The notes beneath the pieces are model-generated. The model had not been told where the DNA came from, did not search any database, and was given only the letters and a program-made list of their open reading frames with translations. A DNA stretch of 64,000 nt from Octopus vulgaris (Eukaryota): positions 28,148,001 through 28,212,000 of the forward strand of contig OX597836.1 of assembly GCA_951406725.2 (NCBI GenBank), in the 5' to 3' direction. The position numbers were made by a program, and so were the translations under genes. Shown here in pieces: positions 50,434 to 64,000 of this stretch (position 1 is the stretch's first letter; the number at the start of each line of letters is the position of its first letter).

Positions 50434-52035
50434 TTGGCAGACGAAATACCACTAATCATTTTCTGTTGGCCAAATGTGGAAACTTTGATTTCACATTGTT
50501 TGTGCATTGTTTTATCTTCCTTATGGTATCTTCTTTGTGTGTTCTGAATGTGTCAAGTTCTCATTAGTAACCAACTACCTCCTTGTCGCCAGCGTTGTCT
50601 GCCGGTGTTGGTAGTAAGAAGGGAGACGGTAGGTTTGGTAGGTATTACTTGAAGTTTATCACCGAGGCGCCAGGTTTCCTAGCAATTTAATTGGTGGGTC
50701 AAAGTCGTTGCACAAGAAGAGTCAGGTGACAAGTGAGAGAAAGTGTGAATTTGATGTCACCAACATTTAAAGCTGCCTGCATGTTTTGTGACCGTGTGGA
50801 GAGGTCATACCAGTATAAGCTGAAAAGAGTGAATGAGAGGATAGGTTTTTATGACCCACCATTCAAGAAATTACACAACACACAGCTGGTCCAGGAATCG
50901 AACTCATTACCCCATGATTGCGTGTTTGACACTCTAACCACTGAACCAGGATAGCTATTGCAATATTCTACGTTCTAACACGACATTACCGTTTGATATT
51001 GAAACTGTTTCTATTGCTATTAATTACTTTATGATAAAACAGAAACTACAGGACCAAACACACACAGAGTTTAACTGGTTGTGGGGCAACCACATCAGAT
51101 CAGCCACCCATCAGATCAGCCCTACAACCACCATATTATGGAAGATGGTTGTTATCTACAAGACAATGTCTGTGAACTGTTGCTAACGTCTAAGATGTTA
51201 TTCAGCCACTTCAGCAATGAACAAACTTAATAAATTGTTAATGTCAATATAATTATAGAACATTTGCTCTTTGTTTGCCACGGTGATTGTTAAAACGTAG
51301 CGAGTCACTTTGTAGCAATTTACTGTTGAAACCGGTTTAGAATTAGTACAACTAGTGACATCACCTTAACTACTAACATTTATTTATATACACATTCACA
51401 CACACATTATATATATGTATTTATATATATATAATTATCTGTTCACTGGAATGCTGATTCACTCAGGTACTGAATTTTTCATTATGCATAATCCAAAATA
51501 TTAATAGATATATATCACAAAATATTTCTCTTTCTCTCTTTATATATATATATATATATATATAGAAACAATGGCTAGATATATAACTATGTTAAAATAT
51601 TACGATTTTTTTGTGTAACACAATATGTAAATGTTGGCATACTAATTATAGATAATGTTAAGAAATTAATTTTCGATTTCTACTTTGTATATATAAATCA
51701 TCATCATCGTTTAACGTTTCCTTTCCATGCTGGATGGTTTGACTGAAAACTGGTAAGCCAAGGAGTTGTACGAGGTTCCAGTCTAATTTGGAACTTGGTG
51801 CAATTCCCCGAGTTACCGATCTTCAGGCTGTTGTATAGTGAAACTGTACACCCTCCCAGTAAAAAGTGGTAGTATCCAGCCATTATAAATAGACCAGTAG
51901 CCAGTTGACAGAAGAAGGTTGAGAGTATGTGTAGATTGTATTGATAGTTGTGTCTGTACTGATAAAGAAATTATACTGCAATGCTGGGTGGACTTTATAA
52001 TGATCCAACCTTTTGAGGACAATAACAAAGAGCAC

Positions 52036-52076
<41 letters not shown>

Positions 52077-52399
52077 TCATCATCATTTAGCGTCCGCTTT
52101 CCATGCTAGCATGGGTTGGACAGTTCAATTGGGGTTTGGGAAGCCAGAAGGCTGCACCCAGCCCAGTCTGATCTGGCAATGTTTCTACGGCTGGATGCCC
52201 TTCCTAACGCCAACCACTCCATGAGTGTAGTGGGTGCTTTTTACATGCCACCGGCACAGGTGCCAGACGTGGCTGGCAAATGGCCACGATCAGATGGTGC
52301 TTTTTACGTGCCAATGTGCTTCTTTCAGTTTCAGTCTACCAAATCCACTCAAGGCTTTGGTCAGCCCTGTGCTATAGTATCCAAACACACACACATACA

Positions 52400-53305
52400 T
52401 CTTTTGTCTTTTCCTTGTTTTAGTCATTTGACTGTGGCCATGCTGAGGCACCGCATTGAATGTTTAATCGAATGTATCAACCCCAGGACTTATTTTTCAT
52501 AATCCTGGCACTTATTCTATCAGTCCCTTTTGCTGAACCGCCAGGTTGCAGGAACATAAACACATCAACACCGGTTGTCAAATGGTGGTGGAGCGCACAC
52601 ACAAACACACACGCACACACACACACACACATACACAAACACACACACACGCGCATACATATATACATGCATACACACATCATATGACAGGCTTCTTTCA
52701 GGTTCCGTCTGCCAAATCCACTCACAAGGCTTTTGGTTGGCATGAGGCTATAGTAGAAGACACGTATCCAAAGTGTCACATGGTGATGAACCCGGAACCA
52801 TGTGGGTGGGAAGCAAATTTCCTACCACTCAGCCAAATTTTTTTCTTTCACCTTATATCTTTTTCTCCGTTTCACTCTTCCCACTAGTTTGTTCCCAGCT
52901 ACAAAACGTTTAGTGTGTGTGTGTGTGTGTGTATAGGCACAGGAGTGACTGTATGGTAAGAAGTGTGCTTATCAACCACATGGTTCCGGGTTCAGTCACA
53001 CTGCATGACACCTTGCGCAAGTGTCTTCTACTATAGCTTTGGGCCAACCAAAGCCTTCAGTGGATTTGGTAAACAGAAACTGAAAGAAGCCCATCATATA
53101 TATATATAGATGTGTGTGTTTGTCCCCCACCATCACTTGACAACCGATGCTGGTGTGTTTACATCCCCGTAACTTAGCGGTTCAGCAAAAGAGGCAGATA
53201 GAATAAGTACTAGGCTTACAAAGAATAGGTCCTGGGGTCAATTTGTTCGACTAAAGGCAGTGCTCCAGCATGGCCGCAGTCAAATGACAAATAAAAGAAC
53301 AAAAG
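52400..53305. mobile_element. Head-to-head pair of SINE family A copies
   Basis: Minus copy about 52400-52835, plus copy about 52935-53305. Confidence 0.78.
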
Positions 53306-53306
53306 A

Positions 53307-53361
<55 letters not shown>

Positions 53362-56300
53362 ATGTGAGTATATATGTACATGTATGTGTGTATATATATA
53401 TGTATGTATGTACATATTTACGTACGTGATTGCATAGTGTGGTTTGGTGTGTGTACAGGGCTATGTTTGTTTGCACCTATATCGACAAGGAATAAATGAA
53501 ATACTAGTCATAAGGAAACCAGTTCTTTCGCACCGCTCCTATGTATTTCACATAACATACAATTTCCTATTCAGTTTTATGTGTGTGCGTGAGTATAGGT
53601 CTAATATGTATGCACTCACCTCACACATGCACCAGGCACCTGTTACTTTTGCAACTACTCCAAACTCCTCCAATTGTTATTTGTTATTTACTTATGGCAT
53701 TTCCTGGCAAATGATTCAGTGTAATATATATATATACTGTAAATCTGTATTCTTTTGATAGCGGCCATGCTGGAGTACCGATTTGAGAGGTTTTCTAGTC
53801 AAAGAAATTGACCCCCAGGACTTATTATTTGTAAGCCCAGTACTTATTCTATCGGCCTCTTGTGCTGAACTGCTTAGTTATGGAGAGATTAACACACCAA
53901 CTTTGGTTGTCAAGCAAAGGTGGGGGACCGACAGACAGACACTAACACTGAGTGGACTGGAACTGGAGGTATGTGAAATAAATGGTCTTGCTCAAGGATA
54001 CAAATAGCCACCAGGAATTGAACTCGCAACCTTGTGATTGTGAGCCAAGCACCCTAACCACTAACCCACATGTCTCCAAACATGAGTATTATCATCTCTG
54101 TAATACCGGATGCAGGTATTTTGAAAATACAGGTATGCAGGTATTTCGAAAATACCTCGCAGTTTGATGAGTATGCAGGTCCGGATTAAGACCCATAGAG
54201 GTCCTATGCACTTAAACGATTTTGGCTCCTGCTCTGTGCCATAAACCATCTACCATTTCTGTGGTGCCCCTAGATGCCCTAAGCACATACTTATTTTGCT
54301 TACTAGCTAATCCATTTCTGTGTCCATTCCCTGCCTAGTTGAAAGTTGCCTTTTGGCAAGGCATAGCACCCATTCAGCCACCCTACCAGGGGTACAGCCA
54401 CTTCACTTCTTTGACTGCATTGTGATAGTTCTCAATTTTTTCCCCCTTTTCTTTGCTATCTGCCTTGTTAATTTTATCCTCAACAAAAATATTTGGTTTT
54501 CTTGCTTCCTCTTAATGAAGCAAATTCCATACAATCTATAATTTATATTTTCTATCAAGGTTTCTGGTTCGTCTCCATACCACTCTTCTGTCTTGCAACT
54601 GACTCAGCAACCTCACTGGTGCTGGTGCCACCAAAAAAAAAAGCACGCAGTACACACCGTAAAGTTGTTGGCTGTTGGAAGCGCATCCAGCTGTAGAAAC
54701 CATGTCAAATCTGACACTGGAGCTCAGTACGTGTCTGCAGTTTACCAAATCCTATCAAACCAACCAATTTATGCCAACATGGAAAACAGGCATTAAAGAA
54801 TGATGATGGTGATGATTCATTTACTTATATTTGTGTTGGTCCGGGTATTAGTCAATGTAATTATATCAAATTTATATACATATGTGTAGGAGTGGCTGTG
54901 GGGTAAGTAGCTTGCTTACCAACCACATGGTTCCAGGTTCAGTCCCACTGTGTGGCACCTCAGGCAAGTGTCTTCTACTATAGCCTCGAGCTGACCAAAG
55001 CTTTGTGAGTGGATTTGGTAGACGGAAACTGAAAGAATCCTGTCATATATGTGTGTGTGTGTGTGTGTCTGTGTCTGTCTGTGTTTGTCCCCCACCCACC
55101 ATTGCTTGACAACTGATGTCACTGTGTTTGTCCCCCCCACCATTGCTTCACAACTGATGTCGCTGTGTTTACATCCCCGTAACTTAGTGATTCGGCAATA
55201 GAGACCAATATGAATAAGTACTAGGCTTACAAAAAAATAAGTCCTGAGATCGATTTGTTCAACTGAAGGTGGTGCTCCAGCATGGCCACAGTAAAATGAC
55301 TGAAATGAATAAAAAAAAAACGTATTTTGTATAACATCACTGCTTGTTCTATAACATGTTTTGTAAATATAAAAAGCTAATCTGATAAAAATTATAATTG
55401 TTATTGTTATCATATATAATGAAGAAAACATTTCATAATTATTATCAAGGTGGCAAGCTGGCACAATCATTAGCATGCCAGGTGAAATGCTTAGTGGTAT
55501 TTTGTCTACCGCAACGTCATAGTTCAAATTCTGCCAAGGTTGACTTTGCCTTTCATCCTTTCAGGGTTGATAAATTAAGTACCAGTGGAATACTGGAGTC
55601 GATGTAATTGACTAGTCCTCTCCCCCAAAGTTGTTGTCCTTGTGGCAAAATTTGAAACCATTATTATTAATGAGAGAGCAGCACATGCCATCAAAGTGAT
55701 ACTGGGGTACAATATACAAAGCCCAATATACCTATCATGACTACTTGTCTGATAAGGGTGCACTAGACACATGCGTCACAATCATATGTGCGCAACATGG
55801 TGATCTCATACCAAGATAAACAGTGCATGACCTTGCAGATAGGACCAGTTAGAATTTTCTTCAGCGGGTAGTAACCCATCCTGCTCAAAAGGTCTTTGAA
55901 TAAGAGTTGTTTAAGGATGTTGAATGAAACACACGTTTCCAGAAATGAATTATCAAACACCAAAGAATTCCTCTCAACACATGGCTATGATGCTCCCCCA
56001 CTACTTCTGCTCGTGATCAGAGATGCACATATCGTCAGCCTCTATGGGACATGCTCAACTGGTTAAGGTCAAACAAATGACTAGCAAATCTGTGGTATGG
56101 AGCAGAATATTTGCTGTAGCCCATCTTTTATACCAAGACAAAATAATGTACATGATAACACCTCCAATCAGTTAAGATCAGAAGCCATGAGAGCCACTGC
56201 CTGTTACTGCATCAGGGCAGTTATTATTATCATCATCATCATCATCATCATATAAGGTGACGAGCTGGCAGAATCATTAAAATTCCAGGCAAAATTCTTT

Positions 56301-56772
56301 GCAGCATTTCATGTCATTGCATTCTGAGTTCAAATTCTGCCAAGGTTAACTTTGCCTTTTTTCATTCTTTCAGGGTTGATTAAATAAATTACCAGTTAAT
56401 CACTGGAGCTGTGTAAAGGCATGTGGCTTTGTGGTTAGGGTGTCAGAATCATGATTGTAAGATTGTGGTTTCGATTCCTGGACTGGGTGATGAGTTGTGT
56501 TCTTGAGCAAAACACTTCATTTCACATTGCTTCAGTCCATTCAGCTGGTGAAAATGAGCAAACTTGTGATGGACCAGCATCCCGTCCAGGTGGGGAATAT
56601 TTACGCCATTGAAACCAGGCAACCAGTATTCATGAGCCTGGTATGGCTCAAGAAAGGAACAATCACTGGAGCTGATGTACTCAACTTAACCCCTGCCACA
56701 AAATTGTTTGCCTTGTACCAAAATGTGAAACCATTTTTATTAACGTCATTTTTTTTCTTTTTTGTTTTGCAG

Positions 56773-57226
56773 GAAAAAAATCTAAATCGTTTGAAAGAGC
56801 TTAAAACTCCACAGATAATGATCCTAATCTAGCAGTGATAATCAGCATATAATCTACTTGCAAATACCTGCTGTTCAAACTGTTTAATATCAAAGGAAAA
56901 CGTATGCACAAACAACATAAGGATAGATCTTGTAAGATCTGCATAAATACAAATCTAACATTACACACACACACACATATAAATACACATATATATAATC
57001 ACAACAACCTATATATTATGCATATTCATAATTATCTATTTCCATCTATACTAAAAATTACCTCTCCATAACACACATACATACCCTACACAACCCTACA
57101 TAGCACCCTCATTGTTATATTAAATAAAGACCAAACCTTACATATATAGATATGTACGAATGTATATATAGAGGCCCCCAATATTAATTGATATTTTTAA
57201 AAAAAGGTAAAATAAAACATAAAAAC
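56773..57226 (+). other. Probable 5'UTR portion of the exon carrying the start codon of claudin-like gene 2
   Basis: Strong acceptor TTTTTTTCTTTTTTGTTTTGCAG ending 56772; unique sequence up to ATG 57227; could instead be a separate short UTR exon. Confidence 0.45.
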
Positions 57227-57434
57227 ATGATTGTGTATATTTCGGCCTCAGCTATTTTGACAGTGGTAGCCACAGGTTTGCAATTTGTTGGACTTTTCCT
57301 GCCAACCTGGTGGCGATCAATAGAAGAGAACCACAACTTGCAGATTTATTATTACTACGGAATCTGGAAATATCCATGGAAAGCAGAAGTATGCCAGGAG
57401 GATAAGTGCCATGAAGTTCCATATACAACCCTCA
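57227..57434 (+). CDS. First coding exon of claudin/PMP22-like gene 2 (TM1 plus extracellular loop 1); gene continues beyond the window
   Basis: AAACATG start; MIVYISASAILTVVATGLQFVGLFLPTWW...YYGIWK...CQEDKC matches the W-GLW-C-C signature; phase-1 donor A|GTAAGT at 57435. Confidence 0.87.
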
Positions 57435-58329
57435 GTAAGTTTCTGTTTTGTTTTGTTTTTTCCTTTTAAATAAAGTTGTTGTTAAACCATGGGTCAGCTC
57501 CAATCCAGTGCACCCATCATCAAAGGCATTCCAGCAAAGGCGATCTTGTCTTCATATTTTCTGGCATACAAGTTGATGTAGTTTGTATTGTAAACATTCA
57601 ACCATCATCACTGTCTCTCCAAATCCTGATGCATTTCACAAGGAATCTACCTTTTTTGGTTGTAAATTTTGGTCAGAAAAATCTGACTAAAAATTAGTAT
57701 GTAGATATGTGGAGACAGAAGGGTGTAATTTGGAAGAGATTTAGCTACTATTTCTAACAAGGCTAGTGGCCATGTAGATGTTTCCTTTGTCAGTCCATGC
57801 TATATTTTCCTGCATACAAGCTAATGTAATAATTATAATGTAAACATTCAAACATTGTCTCTATCTTTCCAAATCCTGCTGCGTCTCACATGGAATTTTT
57901 GCTCCTCCAAAGTTGTCTTTGTATATAAAGTTAACCTACCATTTTTGGTTGTAAATTTCAGTCTGCCAAAACTCGACTTGTAGACCAGAAAATACTATAT
58001 GTACATATATATAATACTGAAGGCGGGCAATCTGAAAGAGATTTGGCCATTTCTTATTTCTTTATTGCCCACATAGAAGCACAAACATAGAAGGGACAAA
58101 CAAGGACAGACAAACGGATAAAGTCGATTACATCGAGCCCAGTGTGTAACTGGTACTTAATTTATTGACCCCAAAAGGATGAAAGGCAAAGTCGACCTCA
58201 GCGGAATTTGAACTCAGAATGTAACGGTAGACAAAATACCGCTAAGCATTTCACCTAGCGTGCTAATGTTTCTGCCAGCTCACCGCCTTATTTGGTCATT
58301 TCTATCAGGTCTATCAACTGTCTCTAGAG

Positions 58330-58892
58330 CAGTGGTTCTCAAACTTGTCAAAAAATTTTACGTGCTGGTCCCCTTACAGTTTTTTGATGATTCATAGGCC
58401 CCTATAAAATGTAGGATAATCAACATGGAAAAAAATTACATGTGTACCATAATTTCTGGACTGTGAACCACACTGCCCATAGACCCACAACCCCAAAAAC
58501 CACAACTTGATCCAGGTGATGCCCTATTAGGATACAATAAATGCACATGAAAATATGGGAAATCAATTGATCAATTGGTTACAAAACAAATGAGAAACGA
58601 AAACTACCAACAGCACATGTACTATCAGTCATTATATCCACATATTTCTGATCAGCCAGTCACACTTGTTGTACAACAAGTGTGATTAGTAGATGTGTAG
58701 TTGTGGTGTGGGTTTTTGAGGCCAATGGCAAAAATTGTATAATAGCATGCAAAAAATGTATAGTTTTGAAATTTTAAAACTTAACTGTCTTGAGTCACCC
58801 CATTTTCATGATCCTTCAGTGTCCCGTTGTGATCCCCTAAAATCACTTTGCAGGGTCCTAGGGGACCACAGATCCCAGTTTGAGAACCACTG
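58330..58892. mobile_element. hAT (Charlie-like) MITE
   Basis: Perfect TIRs CAGTGGTTCTCAAAC; 8-bp TSD CTCTAGAG / GTCTAGAG. Confidence 0.92.
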
Positions 58893-60939
58893 GTCTAGAG
58901 GTTTCCTGCATTGGCTCATGCATGCGTACAGTATTTTCCAGAAAACAAGTCAAGGCAGTATATAGTGTAAACGTTCAAATATTGTCATTATCTTTCTAAA
59001 TCCTGTATTTTACATGGAATTTTTGGTCCTCCAAAGTTGTCTTGGTTTATAAGTTGACCTACTTCTTTTTGGTTGTAAATTTTAGTCTGAAAAATTCTAC
59101 TTGTATGTCAGAAAATACAGTAACCCTTTTAAAACTATATATAAATGATAATTATATTTTTAATATATAACCCTTCTATTTATTTAAAGTTATTGATACA
59201 AAAAAAGTTGTTTATAGTAACTAATAAAAAGTATTCTATATTTATTGTTTATTGGAGGGAGAATTCTGCAATAAATATGAATAGAACTTTAAAAAAAATT
59301 CTTTGTTTATTTAATTTATCGTAAGGAGAATTCCATAATAAATATGAAGATAAATTTAGAGCTACACTTCTACAAAAATAACCCATAGATATTGATTTAG
59401 GCTATAATAATGGATATCAAAATATTACTAGTTTTTTTAGACGTAATGAGATTAGAAGTTACTTAAATAAGAATTATTATATATTAAATGTATAATTATC
59501 ATTTATATCTTTTTACACGTTTTATTACAATTTCTAGTTTAAGTAAGATCCTGATACTTAATTATATACATATATATTGTTGTTGTATGTTATTATAATA
59601 GCGAAAGATTGTCTTAGACATAAACGAGTTTGGATTGATATTATTTGAGGTGTATAGAAATATATTTCGATAGTTGTAAATTCTATTTAATTATTTTGAT
59701 AATTATAATTTTGTTGTTTTTTTTTTAAATTTTTAATGTAATTGATATATAGTTGAATGGCTAATGCTCATGCTCATAACACATAAACACTTGAATTAAT
59801 TTTTTTACAGTCCAACAATTCCTTCATACACATATACATCATCATCATCATCATTTAATGTCCGCTTTCCATGCTAGCATGGGTTGGACGGTTCAACTGG
59901 GGTCTGGGGAGCCCGAAGGCTGCACCAGGCCAGTCAGATCTGGCAGTGTTTCTACAGCTGGATGCCCTTCCTAACGCCAACCACTTTGAGAGTGTAGTGG
60001 GTGATTTTATGTGCCACCGACACAGGTGCCAGACGAGGCTGGCAAACGGCCACGCTCGGATGGTGTTTTTTATGTGCCACCGACACAGGTGCCAGACGAG
60101 GCTGGCAGACGGCCACGCTTGGATGGTGTTTTTATGTGCCACCGACACAGGTGCCAGATGAGGCTGGCGAACGGCCACGATCGGATGGTGTTTGTTACGT
60201 GCCCACAGCACGGAGGCCAGTCGATGTGGTACTGGCTACGGCCACGTTCGGATGGTTTTCTTGTGTGCCACCGGCACTGGTACCACAAAGATACAAATTC
60301 CATTGATGTTCATCTATTTTGATTTGTTTTGATTTTGATTTTCACTTGCCTCAACAGGTCTTCACAAGTGTCACAAGAAGGATACATAAATATATATACA
60401 TATATACACATACACATAAATATATATATATACACATATGCATAAATATATATACACATACACATAAATATATATACATATATGCACATACACATATACT
60501 CTCACAGAAATATATATATATATATATATACGAGCAAACCCCCCACCCCCACCCCATCCAATGGATGGTGCTGAGTTGGCAAACATTTAAACCAAATTTT
60601 CTCAAAACAACTTGTCCAACCGTCCCATTTTCTGGCATTATTTCAAGCCAGCCGGCTTTTTTTTATGCAAACTGCACATGCATTTTTTCCATGTACGCAT
60701 AGTATCGATCACAACAGCTGATGTACTTGGTTTACAAATGCACGTTCCCACGGCTTTATCTATCACATTCTCACCTGGAATCAATTTTTGTAATTTTTTC
60801 AAGACATATACATGCCCTGATACCTTCGGTATCTACATGTCAAATTTGAGCGCAATCGGATGGAGGATGCCCGAGATCCTAGAAGACACACACACATACA
60901 CACAGAAAGGATTTTATATAATAGATACATATATACGTA

Positions 60940-61101
60940 GGCGCAGGAGTGGCTGTGTGGTAAGTAGCTTGCTAACCAACCACATGGTATCGGGTTCAGT
61001 CCTACTGCGTGGCATCTTGGGCAAGTGTCTTCTGCTATAGCCTCGGACCGACCAATGCCATGTGAGTGGATTTGGTAGACGGAAACTGTAAGAAGCCTGT
61101 C

Positions 61102-61149
<48 letters not shown>

Positions 61150-61563
61150 TTGTGTTTGTCCCCCTAGCATTGCTTGACAACCGATGCTGGTGTGTTTACG
61201 TCCCCGTCACTTAGCGGTTCGGCAAAAGAGACTGATAGAATAAGTACTGGGCTTACAAAGAATAATTCCCAGGGTCGATTTGCTCGACTAAAAGGCGGTG
61301 CTCCAGCATGGCCGCAGTCAACTGACTGAAACAAGTAAAAAAAGAGTATGTGTGTGTGTTTGTGTTTGTCCCCCTAGCATTGCTTGACAACCGATGCTGG
61401 TGTGTTTACATCCCCGTCATTTAGCGGTTCGGCAAAAGAGACTGATAGAATAAGTACTGGGCTTACAAAGAATAATTCCCAGGGTCGATTTGCTCAACTA
61501 AAAGGCGGTGCTCCAGCATGGCCGCAGTCAAACGCCTGATACAAGTAAAAGAGTAAAAGAGAG
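60940..61563 (+). mobile_element. SINE family A with duplicated 3' half
   Basis: Head at 60940; segment about 61140-61345 repeated at about 61350-61563. Confidence 0.85.
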
Positions 61564-62364
61564 TATATGTGTTAGATCCTTTTGATTCAAAACTACAACA
61601 CATTGTTGATTTTAGTTCCCCTCAATAGGCATGGTATGATTTATAAAAATGTTGTTAGATTCAATAAGATGTTTAATCTTTTCAGTTTTCCTTTTTTATT
61701 TTTTTTTTCTGTTTTCATGTTTGTTAATTCATTAATTTTTCTTTCTTTGTTTTATTAAGGGTTAAACAATTCTTTTAGCTGAGGGAAATAACCAAAAGTA
61801 CTGATATTTTTCATAAAATGGGGGGGGGGGGTTACCCAATTTTTTAATGGGGGGTGAGATAACCAAAAAGTACCTGTATGTATATGTGTGGTATATGTGT
61901 ATTTATATGTATGTATATGTGAGTGTATATATGTGTGTGTGTGTGTATATATACATATTATACATATATGCATGTATGTATATATATATTATACATTATT
62001 GTATGTATAGGCATACACATATGCACAGATATATGTTCATATATATATATATATATATACACACACACTCATATCTATACACAAACATATACGTGCATAT
62101 GTATATATGTTTATGTATAAATAAATGTATGTTTATATATTATATCTGTGTGTATTAAGAGAGAAGTAGAAAGAGATATGTCCAACCCATGCCTTTGTGT
62201 AACATGGACATTAAATCATGTTATTTACACATGTAAGTTGATCTAAGAACAAATTTGGTCTCTCTTGCATATTCTAGAACTTCATTAAAAAATATAACCT
62301 AAATTGTAATTATTCTAAAATTATTCTTCCCTTATCTTTTTTTAATAAAAGAATTGTCCTTTAA

Positions 62365-63152
62365 CCTTTTCATCACGAACCCGACAGAAACTGGCTCTGG
62401 CTCTGAGTACAAATGTCTTGTTTTCATAAGTTTTGAATTAAAATCTTCCACCAAACCTTAGTCACAATTTATGTTCCTAACACTAGCTTAAGGATAACTA
62501 AATTATTTTACTAAATTCTTTATATTCAAAATTAATAGAAAGAAACACAGAACATCTCTACAGAAATATGGTAACAAAAGGGTTAAAAGCACTCATGTTG
62601 GTGCCATATTAATCCTTTCAATACCAGCCCAGCTGAAACCACCTCTGGCTATGTAGTGCAAATGTTTTGTTTTCAAAAGTTCTGAATTAAAATCTTCCAC
62701 CAAACCTTAGTCACAATTTATGTTCCTAACACTAGCTGAATGATAACTAAGTTCTTTTACTAAATTCTTTCTTATATTTAAAATAATTGAAAGAAACACA
62801 GCGCATCTCAACAGAAATATGGTAACAAAAGGGTTAAAGATATTCAGTCAAATGTGTTTTCAATTTCTACAAGAGTTGACTGCTATTTCTAACAAGTCCA
62901 AACAACTGTGTGAAACAAAATCTGCAAATTAACCCTTTTGATACCAACCCACCTGAAACCACCTCTGGCTCTGAGTACAAATGTTTTGTTTTCCAAAGTT
63001 CTGAATTAAAATCTTCCACCAAACCTTATTCACAATTTATGTTCCTAACACTAGCTGAATGATAACTAAGTTCTTTTACTAGATACTTTGTTATATTTAA
63101 AATAATTGAAAGAAACACAGAGCATCTCAAAATAAATACACTAACGAAAGGG
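62365..63152. mobile_element. Cluster of three 220-bp piggyBac-like MITEs (62365-62582, 62613-62833, 62933-63152)
   Basis: TTAA flanks, CC(C)TTT...AAAGGG termini and shared body in the same orientation. Confidence 0.85.
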
Positions 63153-63800
63153 TAAAATAATAAACAGACCAGTTTATAGAAGCTAAGTAATCTATAACGT
63201 TATTGCTGTTAATTAACAAAGAAACTAATAAGTATTTTGTAATCAATATATGTTCATGCGATATTTGTAAGCAACTATAGAAGGCTGCAAAGACTAATAG
63301 TGGGGTGGGGGTGGGAGTGCTGATAAAATGATGCATCTAGTTTGTAACCATGGTGATTCAGCTTTTGTCATCGTGATATGTTGTACTGCGACATAAAAAT
63401 CTGAAAATGTACGGACCTGGACCCACCAAGGCAAACGGTGGCCCATGGGGCTTTGTGAATGGCACACCTTTAAAAAAAATTACCTTGAATTTGTTTTGTT
63501 TGTTTTTTTTTTTTCTTTGTTTAGTAGTGACGTTTGGTTGATAATGAGCTAAATCTTATGTGACCTGCTTCTCAAAAAAAAATAGGTTATCTATGTCTGG
63601 TATTGACCCCTAATTTCAGGTGTGTGGAGAAATTGCTGGGAGAGATTTGGTTGTTAGACAGAGCAGGTCATACTTTACATAGCTATCAGGACAATTTTGA
63701 CATTGTGTGTGTGTGTATGTGTGTGTGTGCGCGCGAGTGAGTGGGTGTGTGTGTTTATATATGTGTGTGTGTTTTTAGATAGGAGTGAGCATGTCTATTA

Positions 63801-63834
<34 letters not shown>

Positions 63835-64000
63835 GTGAGTGAACATGTCTATTAATGCTTGTGTATATGTGAATACATGCATTTGTGTATGTGTGTTGAT
63901 GGGTTTTAAGTGTGTCATAGTCACAATGAATAAGTACTTTAGTACGCGTGTGTGTATATATATGCACATGTGTGTGTGTGTGCGTGTATGTATGTATATA

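Noticed and set aside
59545-59620. CTGATAC...TAGCGAAAGATTGTC hammerhead-like pattern (also GAAACCGGT near 51327)
   Set aside because: Core and stems too degenerate in very AT-rich sequence
63620-63666. Candidate next exon of claudin-like gene 2 (also acceptor at 59810)
   Set aside because: The required phase-1 frame hits TAG or runs into a repeat and shows no TM2-like sequence

Overview
Repeat-dense, AT-rich animal genomic DNA, not prokaryotic. The SINE families suggest an octopod cephalopod (inference). Host coding sequence is sparse and mostly missed by the ORF track. It comprises the last three exons of a + strand claudin/PMP22-like tetraspan gene (3122-3188, 5463-5627, 8552-8706) and the first coding exon of a second claudin-like gene (57227-57434), which may be driven from a candidate promoter near 23.9 kb. 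Downstream of that point older repeats show strong CpG decay, consistent with gene-body methylation. The remainder is about five SINE families, microsatellites, SINE-derived tandem arrays, LINE remnants (Dong/R4, RTE, L1/Tx1, Penelope), Helitron/Helentron elements and cut-and-paste transposons (mariner, DD41D-like, hAT, piggyBac, pogo, Merlin). The two most notable structures are a 323-bp near-perfect palindrome (41612-41934) with a type I hammerhead ribozyme motif in each arm, and a hAT MITE > Merlin > SINE triple nest (14627-16217). Four further degenerate hammerhead motifs occur elsewhere. All calls were read by eye; repeat boundaries without TSD/TIR support are approximate and family names need database confirmation.
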